Part shown: positions 18,346 to 27,216 of the stretch, piece after piece | Numbering within the stretch: the stretch's first letter is position 1 | Layout of the letters: the number at the start of each line of letters is the position of its first letter | NCBI GenBank assembly: GCA_035461905.1 | Contig: DATHUV010000129.1 | Span: forward strand, 1,078 to 65,077 | Direction of reading: 5' to 3' | Length of the DNA: 64,000 nucleotides | From: Acidimicrobiia bacterium | Lineage (GTDB): Bacteria; Actinomycetota; Acidimicrobiia; Spongiisociales; UBA5794 | Position numbers and translations under genes: made by a program | The notes under the pieces: generated by a model | What the model was told of the DNA's origin: nothing | Seen by the model: only the letters and a program-made list of their open reading frames with translations | The model's database searches: none

Positions 18346-18728
18346 ATGTTGGCCCTCAGCGATATCTCGTCCGATCAGCGATGGCACCGTCGATCAGTGC
18401 TCGGATCGAAGCTGCGGACGTCCATGTTCCATCGCACTTCGACGCCGAGGTTCTTTCCGCCTCCGGAGGGTTCCACAAAGCGAACGCCCTCACCGACGAT
18501 GAGGTGGAGCAACGATTGGAGCTGACGGCAACCGCCCCATTCGAGAGGCACCTCTTGGGTCCGCTGTTGCCTGGCGCGTGGCGACTTCGACACAACCTCC
18601 GCTTGGTGGATGCGCTGTACGTTGAACTCTCGTCTCACATCAGAGCGCCGATCATCACTACGGATGCCGGTCTCGCCACTGCAACTTCGAGAGCCGAGCT
18701 CGTGGGCATGGGACCTCCTCCCGACTGA
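18346..18728 (+). pseudogene. PIN-domain (VapC-like) toxin remnant, N-terminus degenerate or frameshifted
   Basis: The C-terminal two thirds match PIN signatures (FDAEVLSA, LVDALYVELSSHIRAPIITTDAGLA), but the first catalytic Asp strand is missing in that frame (YLVRSAM). An ATG at 18346 in another frame reads MLALSDISS. No antitoxin ORF is recognisable upstream. Confidence 0.4.
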
Positions 18729-18839
18729 CGGGCTGCCCACGTGTTCACGACCGGGTCGGGGCCTTCAGGTGCCGTGAGGCCGAGCACTGCGTCCAGTGGG
18801 AAGTGGATCGCTTCCATGTGGATCTCCTAGAGTCCAGCC

Positions 18840-19526
18840 ATGGACATCATTCTCATCGCTGGTCTGTGGCTACCCCGGTCGATCTGGACAAATGTCGATG
18901 CCGAACTCGAACGGCTGGGGCATCGAGCTCTACCGGTGGCTCTGCCTGGCGTCGACTATCCATCGACCACCGCAACCCTGGCCGACCAGGTCACTGCCAC
19001 CCTTGCTGCTGTCGACGCAGCCGACCGGCCGATCGTCGTAGGCCACTCGGCCGCCTGCACCCTCGCTTGGATGGTCGCCGACCAACGACCCGATGCGATC
19101 GCTCGCATCGTGCTGATCGGTGGCTTCCCGGCCGCTGACGGTGAGGCGTACGCCGACTTCTTCCCCTCCGTCGGCGGCGTCATCCCCTTCCCCGGTTGGG
19201 ATCCCTTCGAGGGCGCCGACTCCGCCGATCTCGGCGAGGCGGAGCGGGACCGCATTGCCTCGGCAGCCGTCCCTGTCCCCGAGGGCGTGTCCAAGGGCAT
19301 CGTGCGACTGACGGACGACAGACGCTTCGACGTCCCGGTTCTCCTCGTATGCCCCGAGTTCAGCCCCGAGCAGGCCAAGGCATGGATAGACGCAGGCGAT
19401 GTCCCCGAACTCAGCGGAGCAACCCAGGTCGCCTTTGCGGACATCGACTCCGGGCACTGGCCGATGGTCACCCGACCCGCTGAACTGGCCCGGATCCTCG
19501 GTGCCCCACCCGGCGAAAGCTCGTGA
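18840..19526 (+). CDS. alpha/beta hydrolase
   Basis: MDIILIAGLW... with nucleophile elbow VVGHSAA, about 228 aa. Confidence 0.7.
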   Translation: MDIILIAGLWLPRSIWTNVDAELERLGHRALPVALPGVDYPSTTATLADQVTATLAAVDAADRPIVVGHSAACTLAWMVADQRPDAIARIVLIGGFPAADGEAYADFFPSVGGVIPFPGWDPFEGADSADLGEAERDRIASAAVPVPEGVSKGIVRLTDDRRFDVPVLLVCPEFSPEQAKAWIDAGDVPELSGATQVAFADIDSGHWPMVTRPAELARILGAPPGESS

Positions 19527-19615
19527 TCCGTCTGCGGTACTGGTTGGTGGCCGTTCGACCGTTAGCAGTTCGCCATGATCCTGCGTGGGGAACGTCATCA
19601 AGGGCTCCGGCCACG

Positions 19616-20290
19616 TCAGCCTTCGGATCGATCCCGCCCATCCGGTGAAGCGGCCCCGTCGGGCCAAGCAGCGATGCAGACGCGGTTGCCTGCGCGATCG
19701 GCGAGCGTCCACCAACGAGGTGCCTGGGAGTCGTCGACGATCCGGCCGCCTGCCGCGAGCGCGGCCGCGACGCGCTGCTCGGCGCACTCGCGAGCGACCG
19801 ACACGTCGATGTGCATGGCGTGCCGAAGCGGTTTCGCGGGGTCCAGCTCCTGCAACCAAACGGTGGATCCGTGGCCGAGAGGGTCGACCCCGTTGTCGTC
19901 GGACATGGGCGCGTAGCCGAGCACCGCCCTCCAGAATCCGACATCGATTGCGTCCGGCTGTGCCGCGATGGCCAGTTGCACCTCCTGCACTGCGCCACGG
20001 TCGGGACTGGCACCATGGGTCCGGGCGACCGCCGACACGGCTCGCGCAACCTCTGCGTGGCGCAGCTCGAGATGCCAGATGTCGCGGGTGAGCCGGACCG
20101 TGAGGCGGTCCGATGCAACAGTCATCAGGATCTCCGCGTCCGCTCCCAGATCGCTCGCCACTGCCGCCGCCAGGCGAGTCGCCTCGACGAGGGACCCGAC
20201 GGAGAACACCGCCGTAGCACCACCGTGCAACACCACCCAGTCACCGACGCCATCCGCGACGAGGAACTCGCTCCAACCCTGTTCACTCAT
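19616..20290 (-). CDS. VOC/glyoxalase-like domain protein with pterin-4a-carbinolamine-dehydratase-like N-terminal half
   Basis: The C-terminal half (FWRAVLGY...HIDVSV...RWWTLADRAGNRVCI) resembles glyoxalase-like VOC domains. The N-terminal half resembles PCD-like domains. Assignment by eye only. Confidence 0.5.
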   Translation of the reverse strand: MSEQGWSEFLVADGVGDWVVLHGGATAVFSVGSLVEATRLAAAVASDLGADAEILMTVASDRLTVRLTRDIWHLELRHAEVARAVSAVARTHGASPDRGAVQEVQLAIAAQPDAIDVGFWRAVLGYAPMSDDNGVDPLGHGSTVWLQELDPAKPLRHAMHIDVSVARECAEQRVAAALAAGGRIVDDSQAPRWWTLADRAGNRVCIAAWPDGAASPDGRDRSEG

Positions 20291-20578
20291 TCCGCACCTC
20301 CTAACGTGACGCTACCTCGGGGCACCTTGGAGCGGGACGGACGAGTCAGAATCGGCCGCCCGCCCTTATCGGACTCGGTCGGTCAACCCGGCTGGATTCG
20401 ATGACCTCACTACTGTCGACAAGAAGCCATTGAAGGCGCGGGCCGAACCCGCGAGCTGCCACCGAAGCAGCGGGTTCGAAGCCCGTGGTTCGGCCATCAC
20501 GCGAGCCCCTCAGATGGTTCATCGTTGGTAATGTTCCGACAGCCACGATCGCGCTGACTCGTCAAGGACGGTGACGCC

Positions 20579-20842
20579 ATGGATTCGACCGAGATCTTCC
20601 TCGCCATTACTGGTGTCATTGGCCTCGTGCTCGGGGTTTGGGCGCTCATCGACCTTTGGCGCGGGCCCTACACGGTCGTGGGGAAGATCGGCTGGACCGT
20701 CGGCATCATCTTCCTCCCGATCGTGATACCGATTGTGTACCTTGTGTCCAGGCCGACCAGCAAAATGCAGCAGAAGTCCTATGAGATCGACGAGTCACGC
20801 GAGGACATCCTTCGGGAGTACGGCCACGGAGGAGACCTGTAG
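20579..20842 (+). CDS. PLDc_N-domain small membrane protein
   Basis: Two TM helices with the typical LIDLWRGP...KIGWTVGIIFLPIVIPIVYL pattern. Lower GC3 than neighbouring genes. Confidence 0.6.
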   Translation: MDSTEIFLAITGVIGLVLGVWALIDLWRGPYTVVGKIGWTVGIIFLPIVIPIVYLVSRPTSKMQQKSYEIDESREDILREYGHGGDL

Positions 20843-20893
20843 GTCTGTCAACCAACGCCAACACGGCGCCGCGGAATTGCCGCCTTGGCTCCC

Positions 20894-21673
20894 TCAGGGG
20901 GTCGAGACCGCCAGGCGAGCCTCGATAGTCTCGTTGACGGCTTCGGGATAGGGGGAGGGTTCATCGCCGTCGTCGAGGTGCGCGATAGCGGCTGACATCT
21001 CGTCACGCTGGGTCAGGACGAATGCCTTGTCGACGATGTCGCCGTGGCCGGGGACGACGGCACCCGTGATCGAATCGGCGAGGACACCGAGTGTCTCCAC
21101 CCACGCTCGCGGGAAGGAGTCACCGAACGACGGAGGGGCACCCTCCTCGACCAGGTCACCAGCCATGACGACGTCATCGACGAGGACCACGATGTCCGAG
21201 TCGGTGTGTCCCAGGCCGGGATGCCACAGCCGGACGTCCCTGCCGCCGAGATGGAGATCGAGCGCATTCCGGAAGGTCACCGTCGGAGGCGTGATGGTCA
21301 CCTCACCGAAGAGAGCTCGCTTGTCGGCGGGAACCCAGTCCGCTTTGGCCAGCTCGGTCAGTGTGCGCTCACCGTCGGCGATCATCACCTCACGACACCG
21401 TGTGTGGCCCAGGATCTCCGCCGTGGGAAAGCGCGCATTGCCGAACGTGTGATCCCAATGGAAGTGCGTATTCACCAGGTAGCGGATGGGGGAGCGCGAC
21501 ACAAGAGCGATGTCCCGGAGTAACTCGTCGGCGTCCGGGTGGTTCGATCGGCTGTCGACGACGATGAGCCCTTCATCGGTGATGATCAGGGCGATGTTCT
21601 GGTCCAGCGACGCGTACCTGCGTCGAAGAACGCCTGCGCCTACCTCGTCCCACGTGTCACCGGCCCTCGACAT
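20894..21673 (-). CDS. MBL-fold metallo-hydrolase
   Basis: HxHxDH motif (HFHWDHTFGN) with downstream His/Asp ligands (GHTDSD, PGHGD). The start overlaps the rhodanese gene 3' end (alternative start 21691). Confidence 0.8.
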   Translation of the reverse strand: MSRAGDTWDEVGAGVLRRRYASLDQNIALIITDEGLIVVDSRSNHPDADELLRDIALVSRSPIRYLVNTHFHWDHTFGNARFPTAEILGHTRCREVMIADGERTLTELAKADWVPADKRALFGEVTITPPTVTFRNALDLHLGGRDVRLWHPGLGHTDSDIVVLVDDVVMAGDLVEEGAPPSFGDSFPRAWVETLGVLADSITGAVVPGHGDIVDKAFVLTQRDEMSAAIAHLDDGDEPSPYPEAVNETIEARLAVSTP

Positions 21674-22031
21674 GCGCCCTCCACGCCTCATATCCGCCGA
21701 TCAGGTCCGTTGCCCTGCTCAATCCGAGTTCACGGAGGCGTGAGGCAGCGAGGGACGAGCTGCATCCCTGCCGGCACACCAGGATGACCTCCTGATCAGG
21801 CGCCACATCCATGATCCTCGAGGGGCTCGAGGGTGCAAGACGCCATTCGAGGACGGTCAGGTCGATGATGTGGGCCCCGGGGAGGTCCCCCTGGGCGGAC
21901 CGTTGCGCGGAGTCCCGCACGTCAACGACGATCGCTCCCTTTGACACCGCATCCGACAGATCCGATGGTGCGACGCGATCGAATCCGGATCGGGCACGCT
22001 CGAGCATCTCGGACACGGTAATGGAACTCAT
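21657..22031 (-). CDS. rhodanese-like sulfurtransferase domain protein
   Basis: 124 aa with active-site loop VILVCRQGCSSSLAA. Confidence 0.8.
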   Translation of the reverse strand: MSSITVSEMLERARSGFDRVAPSDLSDAVSKGAIVVDVRDSAQRSAQGDLPGAHIIDLTVLEWRLAPSSPSRIMDVAPDQEVILVCRQGCSSSLAASRLRELGLSRATDLIGGYEAWRAHVEGR

Positions 22032-22170
22032 CGGCGCCGAAACATGAGACTTCGATCCCGCTGCGGTTCCGCTGGAGCAGACGAGCTGATCGCCATCGCG
22101 TCAAACACGGATCGCGCTTTCACTTCGGGACGGACCCGATCTCCCGACCTTCCCTGGCCGTTCGGACGGC

Positions 22171-22464
22171 TCACGAGGCCCGGTAGGTCGTTGTCTGGTA
22201 ACGGCGACCGCCGTAGCCGCCGCTGGACCAGGAGGAGATGTCGGCGAGGATTCCCAAGCCCAGGATGATCCAGTCGAACCCCGTCACGCCCCCGGGGAAG
22301 ACCACGACATACATCATCGTCGTCCACGGCACGGCTAGCCACCCTATGAATGGCACGAGGAACGAATCGAACGCGAGGTTCCACCTCGTCTGATCTATGA
22401 CCCACCACACGAGGATCGCGAACCGTGGACCGAGGATCACGAGCGAGGCGAACAGACAGCACAT
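22171..22464 (-). CDS. small three-TM membrane protein, hypothetical
   Basis: 97 aa, hydrophobic (ILVWWVIDQTRW..., FIGWLAVPWTTMMYVVVF, WIILGLGILADI), Gly/Tyr-rich tail. Divergent from padR. Confidence 0.5.
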   Translation of the reverse strand: MCCLFASLVILGPRFAILVWWVIDQTRWNLAFDSFLVPFIGWLAVPWTTMMYVVVFPGGVTGFDWIILGLGILADISSWSSGGYGGRRYQTTTYRAS

Positions 22465-22561
22465 CAGGTTGCTCCTTCCAATCGAGAATCTACCCGACGC
22501 CTTGTAGGTGTGCTGAGGAGAGTGGGAGGAAGCAAGCTATATAGACAGACTACTTACCGAT

Positions 22562-22578
22562 ATGTAGGATATCTACAT
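22562..22578. promoter_or_regulatory. candidate PadR operator palindrome
   Basis: ATGTAG-GATAT-CTACAT has perfect 6-bp arms and resembles the ATGT-N8-ACAT PadR-family operator, but with a 9-nt gap. It lies in a locally AT-rich stretch and ends 1 nt before the annotated padR GTG. Confidence 0.45.
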
Positions 22579-22579
22579 A

Positions 22580-22948
22580 GTGAAGACGAACCCGCCATCG
22601 TCCGTTACCGATCACCGCCGGTCCCAGTGGCTGAAGGGAGTTCTCGACCTCTGTGTGTTGGCTCGCCTGCGCAACGGCGAAGCGTACGGGTACGAGCTGG
22701 CGGCAGGGCTGGCAGCGGAGGGGTTCGGTGAGATCAAGGGCGGCACGCTCTATCCGCTCCTCAACCGGTTGGAGCGCGACGGTCTGGTCGCAACGCTGTG
22801 GCGGGTCAACGATCAGGGACCGGACCGCAAGTACTACCGAATCACCCCCCTCGGCGCGTCCGAACTCGCGGAGGCGAGGAACGCCTGGTCCGACTTCACC
22901 GCAGTTGCGGAGTCGATCCTTTCGAACTCGGATGAGGAGCCGACGTGA
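22580..22948 (+). CDS. PadR-family transcriptional regulator
   Basis: LDLCVLARLRNGEAYGYELAAGL...GGTLYPLLNRLERDGLV...RKYYRITPLG winged-helix signature. Confidence 0.85.
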   Translation: MKTNPPSSVTDHRRSQWLKGVLDLCVLARLRNGEAYGYELAAGLAAEGFGEIKGGTLYPLLNRLERDGLVATLWRVNDQGPDRKYYRITPLGASELAEARNAWSDFTAVAESILSNSDEEPT

Positions 22949-23619
22949 ACCAACAGTCGTGGACATACCTGTCGCAGCTCAGCCGGGCCCTCCAGCAGGA
23001 GGGTGTTGACGGTGCTCGTGCCGGCGAGTTCGTCGCCGAGGTCGACAGTCATCTCGCCGAGACCGGTGCGGACCCGGTCGAGGAGTTCGGGCCACCGTTC
23101 GAGCTCGCAGCGGAACTCGCGAGGCGGCCCGGATCCCGGAGGCCCGGATGGCTCCCACCGATCTGGGCCATGTGGCTGGCGGGCCTGGTGCTCTCATTGG
23201 CCCTGGTCGTGGTGGTCGACGCAGTCATGGCTGGATGGGACGGCGCAGGCGTGCCGATCAGGGCACGCGGCATCTTCTACATCGGCGTGTTCTTCCCGGC
23301 GATGATGGTCCTCAACTACGCAAGCACCCGCCTGCTCACTGGCCGCACCTGGAACGACCTCGTCGATGGCCGCGTCCTGCTCGCCATCCTCGGCATCGCC
23401 ATCGCGACTACCACGGCGTCGACGATCGCAGGCGACCGGGTCATCGCCCGGGTGCCCGCTCCGGTGTTCTGGGGCGTCGTGGTCGCGGTCATTCCGGCCC
23501 TCGTGCTCCTCATCGTCAAACGGAACAATACGATCCGCTTTCCTGACCACGCGAGCCATCTCCGGCGGCTCAAGCGCGGCCCACTCGCAGGTCGACCACC
23601 GTCCGAACCGTCCCGCTGA
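22945..23619 (+). CDS. PadR-associated membrane protein (DUF1700/HAAS-like N-terminus, four TM)
   Basis: GTGA overlap with padR. N-terminus YLSQLSRALQQEGVDGARAGEFVAEVDSHLAE is typical of sensor partners of PadR regulators. Confidence 0.55.
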   Translation: MNQQSWTYLSQLSRALQQEGVDGARAGEFVAEVDSHLAETGADPVEEFGPPFELAAELARRPGSRRPGWLPPIWAMWLAGLVLSLALVVVVDAVMAGWDGAGVPIRARGIFYIGVFFPAMMVLNYASTRLLTGRTWNDLVDGRVLLAILGIAIATTTASTIAGDRVIARVPAPVFWGVVVAVIPALVLLIVKRNNTIRFPDHASHLRRLKRGPLAGRPPSEPSR

Positions 23620-23684
23620 AAGGCGGCTACGGCGCGAGGCGTCCCGGAATCCGCGAGAATCCCCGTGCGCGAGGGAGGGACGAC

Positions 23685-25637
23685 ATGACGGACTCACGGA
23701 TCGAGAACCTGCTGCACGAGGATCGGGTGTTTCCACCCGATCCCGCGTTCACACGCCAGGCGAACGCATCGGCGGATCTCTACCACGAGGCAGATGCCGA
23801 CATGGTGGGGTTCTGGATGGACCAGGCACATGCACGGATCGACTGGTTCACTCCCCCAACCGTCGCCCTCGACGATGCACGCCCGCCCTTCTATACGTGG
23901 TTCAGCGACGGCGAGCTCAACGTGTCGCACAACTGCCTCGACCGGCACCTCGCCTCGGGTGGGGACAAGGTTGCGTACCACTGGATCGGCGAACCTGGCG
24001 ACACTCGCACGATCATTTATCAAGAGCTCTCGGATGAGGTGAACCGATTCGCGAACGGTCTCAGGGAGCTTGGCGTTGAGAAGGGCGACCGGGTGGCAAT
24101 CTACATGGGGATGGTGCCCGAGCTCGCTATCGCCATGCTCGCATGCGCACGGATCGGAGCACCCCATTCGGTCATCTTCGGGGGCTTCAGCGCCGATTCG
24201 ATCGTGGATCGGGTCGACGACGCGGGCGCGAGGGTCCTCATCACATGCGATGGCGCCTGGAGGCGGGGCACGGTGGTTCCCCTCAAGGAGAACTGCGACC
24301 TCGCGATGGCGGCGACGAGCACCATCGAACACTGCATCGTCCTGCGAAGGACGGAGACGGATGTCACGATGGTCGAGGGGCGGGACGTCTGGTGGCATGA
24401 CCTCGTGGCCGACCAACCGACTGCCTGCGAGCCCGAGGTCATGAACGCCGAGGACCTCTTGTATCTGCTGTACACCTCAGGCACCACGGCCAAGCCGAAG
24501 GGCATCATGCACACCACCGGCGGCTACCTGGTCGGAGCTGCGACGACCCACTCGATGGTGTTCGACATCAAGCCTGACACCGACGTGTACTGGTGCGCGG
24601 CCGACATCGGGTGGGTAACCGGGCACAGCTACATCGTCTATGGGCCGCTCGCAAACCACACGACCAGCGTCATGTATGAGGGGACACCGGACCACCCTGA
24701 CAAGGACCGCCTGTGGTCGATCATCGCCGAGTACGGCGTGACGATCCTGTACACGGCGCCAACCGCGATCAGGGCATTCATGAAGTGGGGGAAGGAGTAT
24801 CCGGAGCGTCACGACCTCTCGACGCTCCGACTCCTCGGCACCGTCGGGGAGCCGATCAACCCCGAGGCGTGGATGTGGTATCACGAGACCATCGGGGGCG
24901 GGACCTGTCCGATCGTCGACACGTGGTGGCAAACCGAGACGGGGTCCATCATGATCTCGCCACTCCCGGGCGTCACGCCGACGAAGCCGGGGTCGGCGAC
25001 GAAACCGATGCCCGGCATCTCGGCCGAGGTCGTGGATGCGGACGGCAATCCGGTTCCACCGGGAGGCGGCGGCTACCTGACCATCACCCAGCCGTGGCCA
25101 TCGATGCTCCGCTCGATCTACGGTGACGACAAGCGCTACGTCGACACGTACTGGACCAGGTACCCGGGCCGCTACTTCCCGGGCGACGGTGCGAGGATCG
25201 ACGAGGACGGCTACCTGTGGGTGCTCGGACGCGTCGACGACGTGATGAACGTCTCCGGCCACCGGATCTCAACCATGGAGGTCGAGTCCGCTCTGGTCTC
25301 ACACCCTGCGGTTGCCGAGGCCGCCGTCGTCGGCGCGACGGACGACATGACGGGCCAGGCGATCGCAGCCTTCGTCACCTTGCGGAGCGGCTACGAGGAC
25401 ACCGACGAACTGAACGACGAGATCCGGAACCACGTCGCAACGAAGATCGGGGCGATCGCGCGACCGCGCACGATCGTCTTCACCCCGGACCTCCCCAAGA
25501 CCCGTTCCGGCAAGATCATGCGACGGCTCCTGCGTGACATCACCGATCATCGGACACTCGGCGACGTCACGACCCTCGCAAATGCCGAGATCGTCCAGTC
25601 GATCGCCGATCAGGCAGAGGCCCACCGCGACGACTGA
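23685..25637 (+). CDS. acs: acetyl-CoA synthetase (AMP-forming)
   Basis: 650 aa with YTSGTTAKPKG, WWQTETG and the C-terminal PKTRSGKIMRR motif containing the acetylatable Lys. Confidence 0.95.
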   Translation: MTDSRIENLLHEDRVFPPDPAFTRQANASADLYHEADADMVGFWMDQAHARIDWFTPPTVALDDARPPFYTWFSDGELNVSHNCLDRHLASGGDKVAYHWIGEPGDTRTIIYQELSDEVNRFANGLRELGVEKGDRVAIYMGMVPELAIAMLACARIGAPHSVIFGGFSADSIVDRVDDAGARVLITCDGAWRRGTVVPLKENCDLAMAATSTIEHCIVLRRTETDVTMVEGRDVWWHDLVADQPTACEPEVMNAEDLLYLLYTSGTTAKPKGIMHTTGGYLVGAATTHSMVFDIKPDTDVYWCAADIGWVTGHSYIVYGPLANHTTSVMYEGTPDHPDKDRLWSIIAEYGVTILYTAPTAIRAFMKWGKEYPERHDLSTLRLLGTVGEPINPEAWMWYHETIGGGTCPIVDTWWQTETGSIMISPLPGVTPTKPGSATKPMPGISAEVVDADGNPVPPGGGGYLTITQPWPSMLRSIYGDDKRYVDTYWTRYPGRYFPGDGARIDEDGYLWVLGRVDDVMNVSGHRISTMEVESALVSHPAVAEAAVVGATDDMTGQAIAAFVTLRSGYEDTDELNDEIRNHVATKIGAIARPRTIVFTPDLPKTRSGKIMRRLLRDITDHRTLGDVTTLANAEIVQSIADQAEAHRDD

Positions 25638-25686
25638 CGATGACTCCTCGTTCCAATCGGTGGGTCATCCCTGCGGGGCGGATACC

Positions 25687-27216
25687 TCAAGCGAGGTAAC
25701 GAGACGCGGCCTTCGCCGCGGAGCGCCCTGACGCCACCGCTGCCGTCATGCCACCTCCGCCTATCCACGCGCCGGTGAGGAAGAGGTTCGGAATCGGCGT
25801 CCTCGGAGAGCGGCGATCCATCATGTTCGCGACGGATTGCTCACGTCCGTAGAGGCTGCCGTGGGGTTGACGGACGTAGCGGGCATTCGTGAGCGGGGTG
25901 CCGACGTGGCTGGTGACAATCGAGGTACGGAGTCCGGGGAGGAGGGCGTCGGCACGGTCGATGAGGACCCGTCCCGCTTCCTCCTTCACCCTGAGATACT
26001 CCGGGTTCACCCGATAGTTCTCGAGGTCGCCACCCGTGCCCCAGACGTCTGCGTGGTCCCACGGAGCGAGCGTCGTGAGGGCGAGCACCGAGCCGCCCTC
26101 GGGGGCACACGTCGGATCGACGATCGTGTAGTTCGAGACGATCATGGCAGCCTCCTCGAACCGCCCACCGAGGATCGCCTCGTACTCCGCTTCGAGGTCG
26201 TAGCCGACCATGTCGAAGAACTCGTGATGGTTCCAGCCTTCCGCGGCGAGGTCGCGGTTCACGCCGAGGTGCACCACGAGGCTCGACAGGGCAGGAACAT
26301 CGCTCTCGAAGCCCTCTGCCCAGTCCGGGTCGACCGTTCCCACAGGGAGGAGCCCCAGCGTCGCCGTGGGACTCGCGTTCGAGACGACGGCCCTCGCCGT
26401 GATCGTGAGGCCCTTGTCGGTGACAACGGTCACGCCCTCCGCCGTCGGCTCGATCGACGTCACGATGTTGCGGAGGTGCACCTGACCACCGTTCTCCTCG
26501 ATCACCTCGGTGATGGCCCACGTCATCGTCCCCGAGCCACCCGTCGGATACCACGCGCCGCCCGTGTGATACGAAAGCAGGGTGAGGGCGAACTGCCCCG
26601 CCGAGACCTTCGATGGCGGCAGGCCGAGGTACCCCCAGAGGGTCGATACGAGCGCCTTCGCCTCCACGGAGCTCAGATACCGATCGACGAACGCCTGCCA
26701 CGAGCTCGCGAAGGCGCCGGCCATGTCGGGATACCGGATCGGCATCTCATGGAGAGGGACGCTCGTGCCGGCGGATCGGTCCCGTGCGTACCGAGCGACG
26801 TCGTGGCCCACACGCTCGATCGCGTCGAACAGGTCCCTCGCGCCATTGCGCTCATGCGGCAGCACCTCCGAGAACGCAGCCAGGTACCCCGACACGTCTG
26901 CAGGTACGGCGACCTCGAAGTCGGGATACCGAACGGTGTAGAAGGGCTCCAGGCGGTTGAACTCGACGCGGTCCATGATGCCGAGGGACTCGAACATGGG
27001 CTTCGCCCATCCCCCTTCGTCGAGACCGTCGAGTGCATGGAGCGCCACCTCGAAACGGAACTCCTCCTTGCGGAAGAAGTGGGCGTATCCACCCGGTTTG
27101 GTGTGGCCCTCGACCACCACGACCCGGTGGCCCGACTCCTGGAGGTGACGGGCGGCGGACAGCCCACCGAGTCCTGCGCCGACGATGACGACGTCCGTCT
27201 CGATCCGCTCGGTCAT
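25687..27216 (-). CDS. FAD-dependent oxidoreductase, phytoene desaturase (CrtI)-family
   Basis: MTERIETDVVIVGAGLGGLSAARHL Rossmann motif, about 509 aa. ATGA overlap with the upstream AI-2E gene. The ORF-track N-terminus is a spurious extension. Confidence 0.8.
   Translation of the reverse strand: MTERIETDVVIVGAGLGGLSAARHLQESGHRVVVVEGHTKPGGYAHFFRKEEFRFEVALHALDGLDEGGWAKPMFESLGIMDRVEFNRLEPFYTVRYPDFEVAVPADVSGYLAAFSEVLPHERNGARDLFDAIERVGHDVARYARDRSAGTSVPLHEMPIRYPDMAGAFASSWQAFVDRYLSSVEAKALVSTLWGYLGLPPSKVSAGQFALTLLSYHTGGAWYPTGGSGTMTWAITEVIEENGGQVHLRNIVTSIEPTAEGVTVVTDKGLTITARAVVSNASPTATLGLLPVGTVDPDWAEGFESDVPALSSLVVHLGVNRDLAAEGWNHHEFFDMVGYDLEAEYEAILGGRFEEAAMIVSNYTIVDPTCAPEGGSVLALTTLAPWDHADVWGTGGDLENYRVNPEYLRVKEEAGRVLIDRADALLPGLRTSIVTSHVGTPLTNARYVRQPHGSLYGREQSVANMMDRRSPRTPIPNLFLTGAWIGGGGMTAAVASGRSAAKAASRYLA

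Noticed and set aside
20346-20546. 66-aa minus-strand ORF in the 20.3-20.6 kb spacer
   Set aside because: No start context and an Arg/Gly/Ser-rich translation. It overlaps the hairpin/tRNA-like structures that better explain the sequence.
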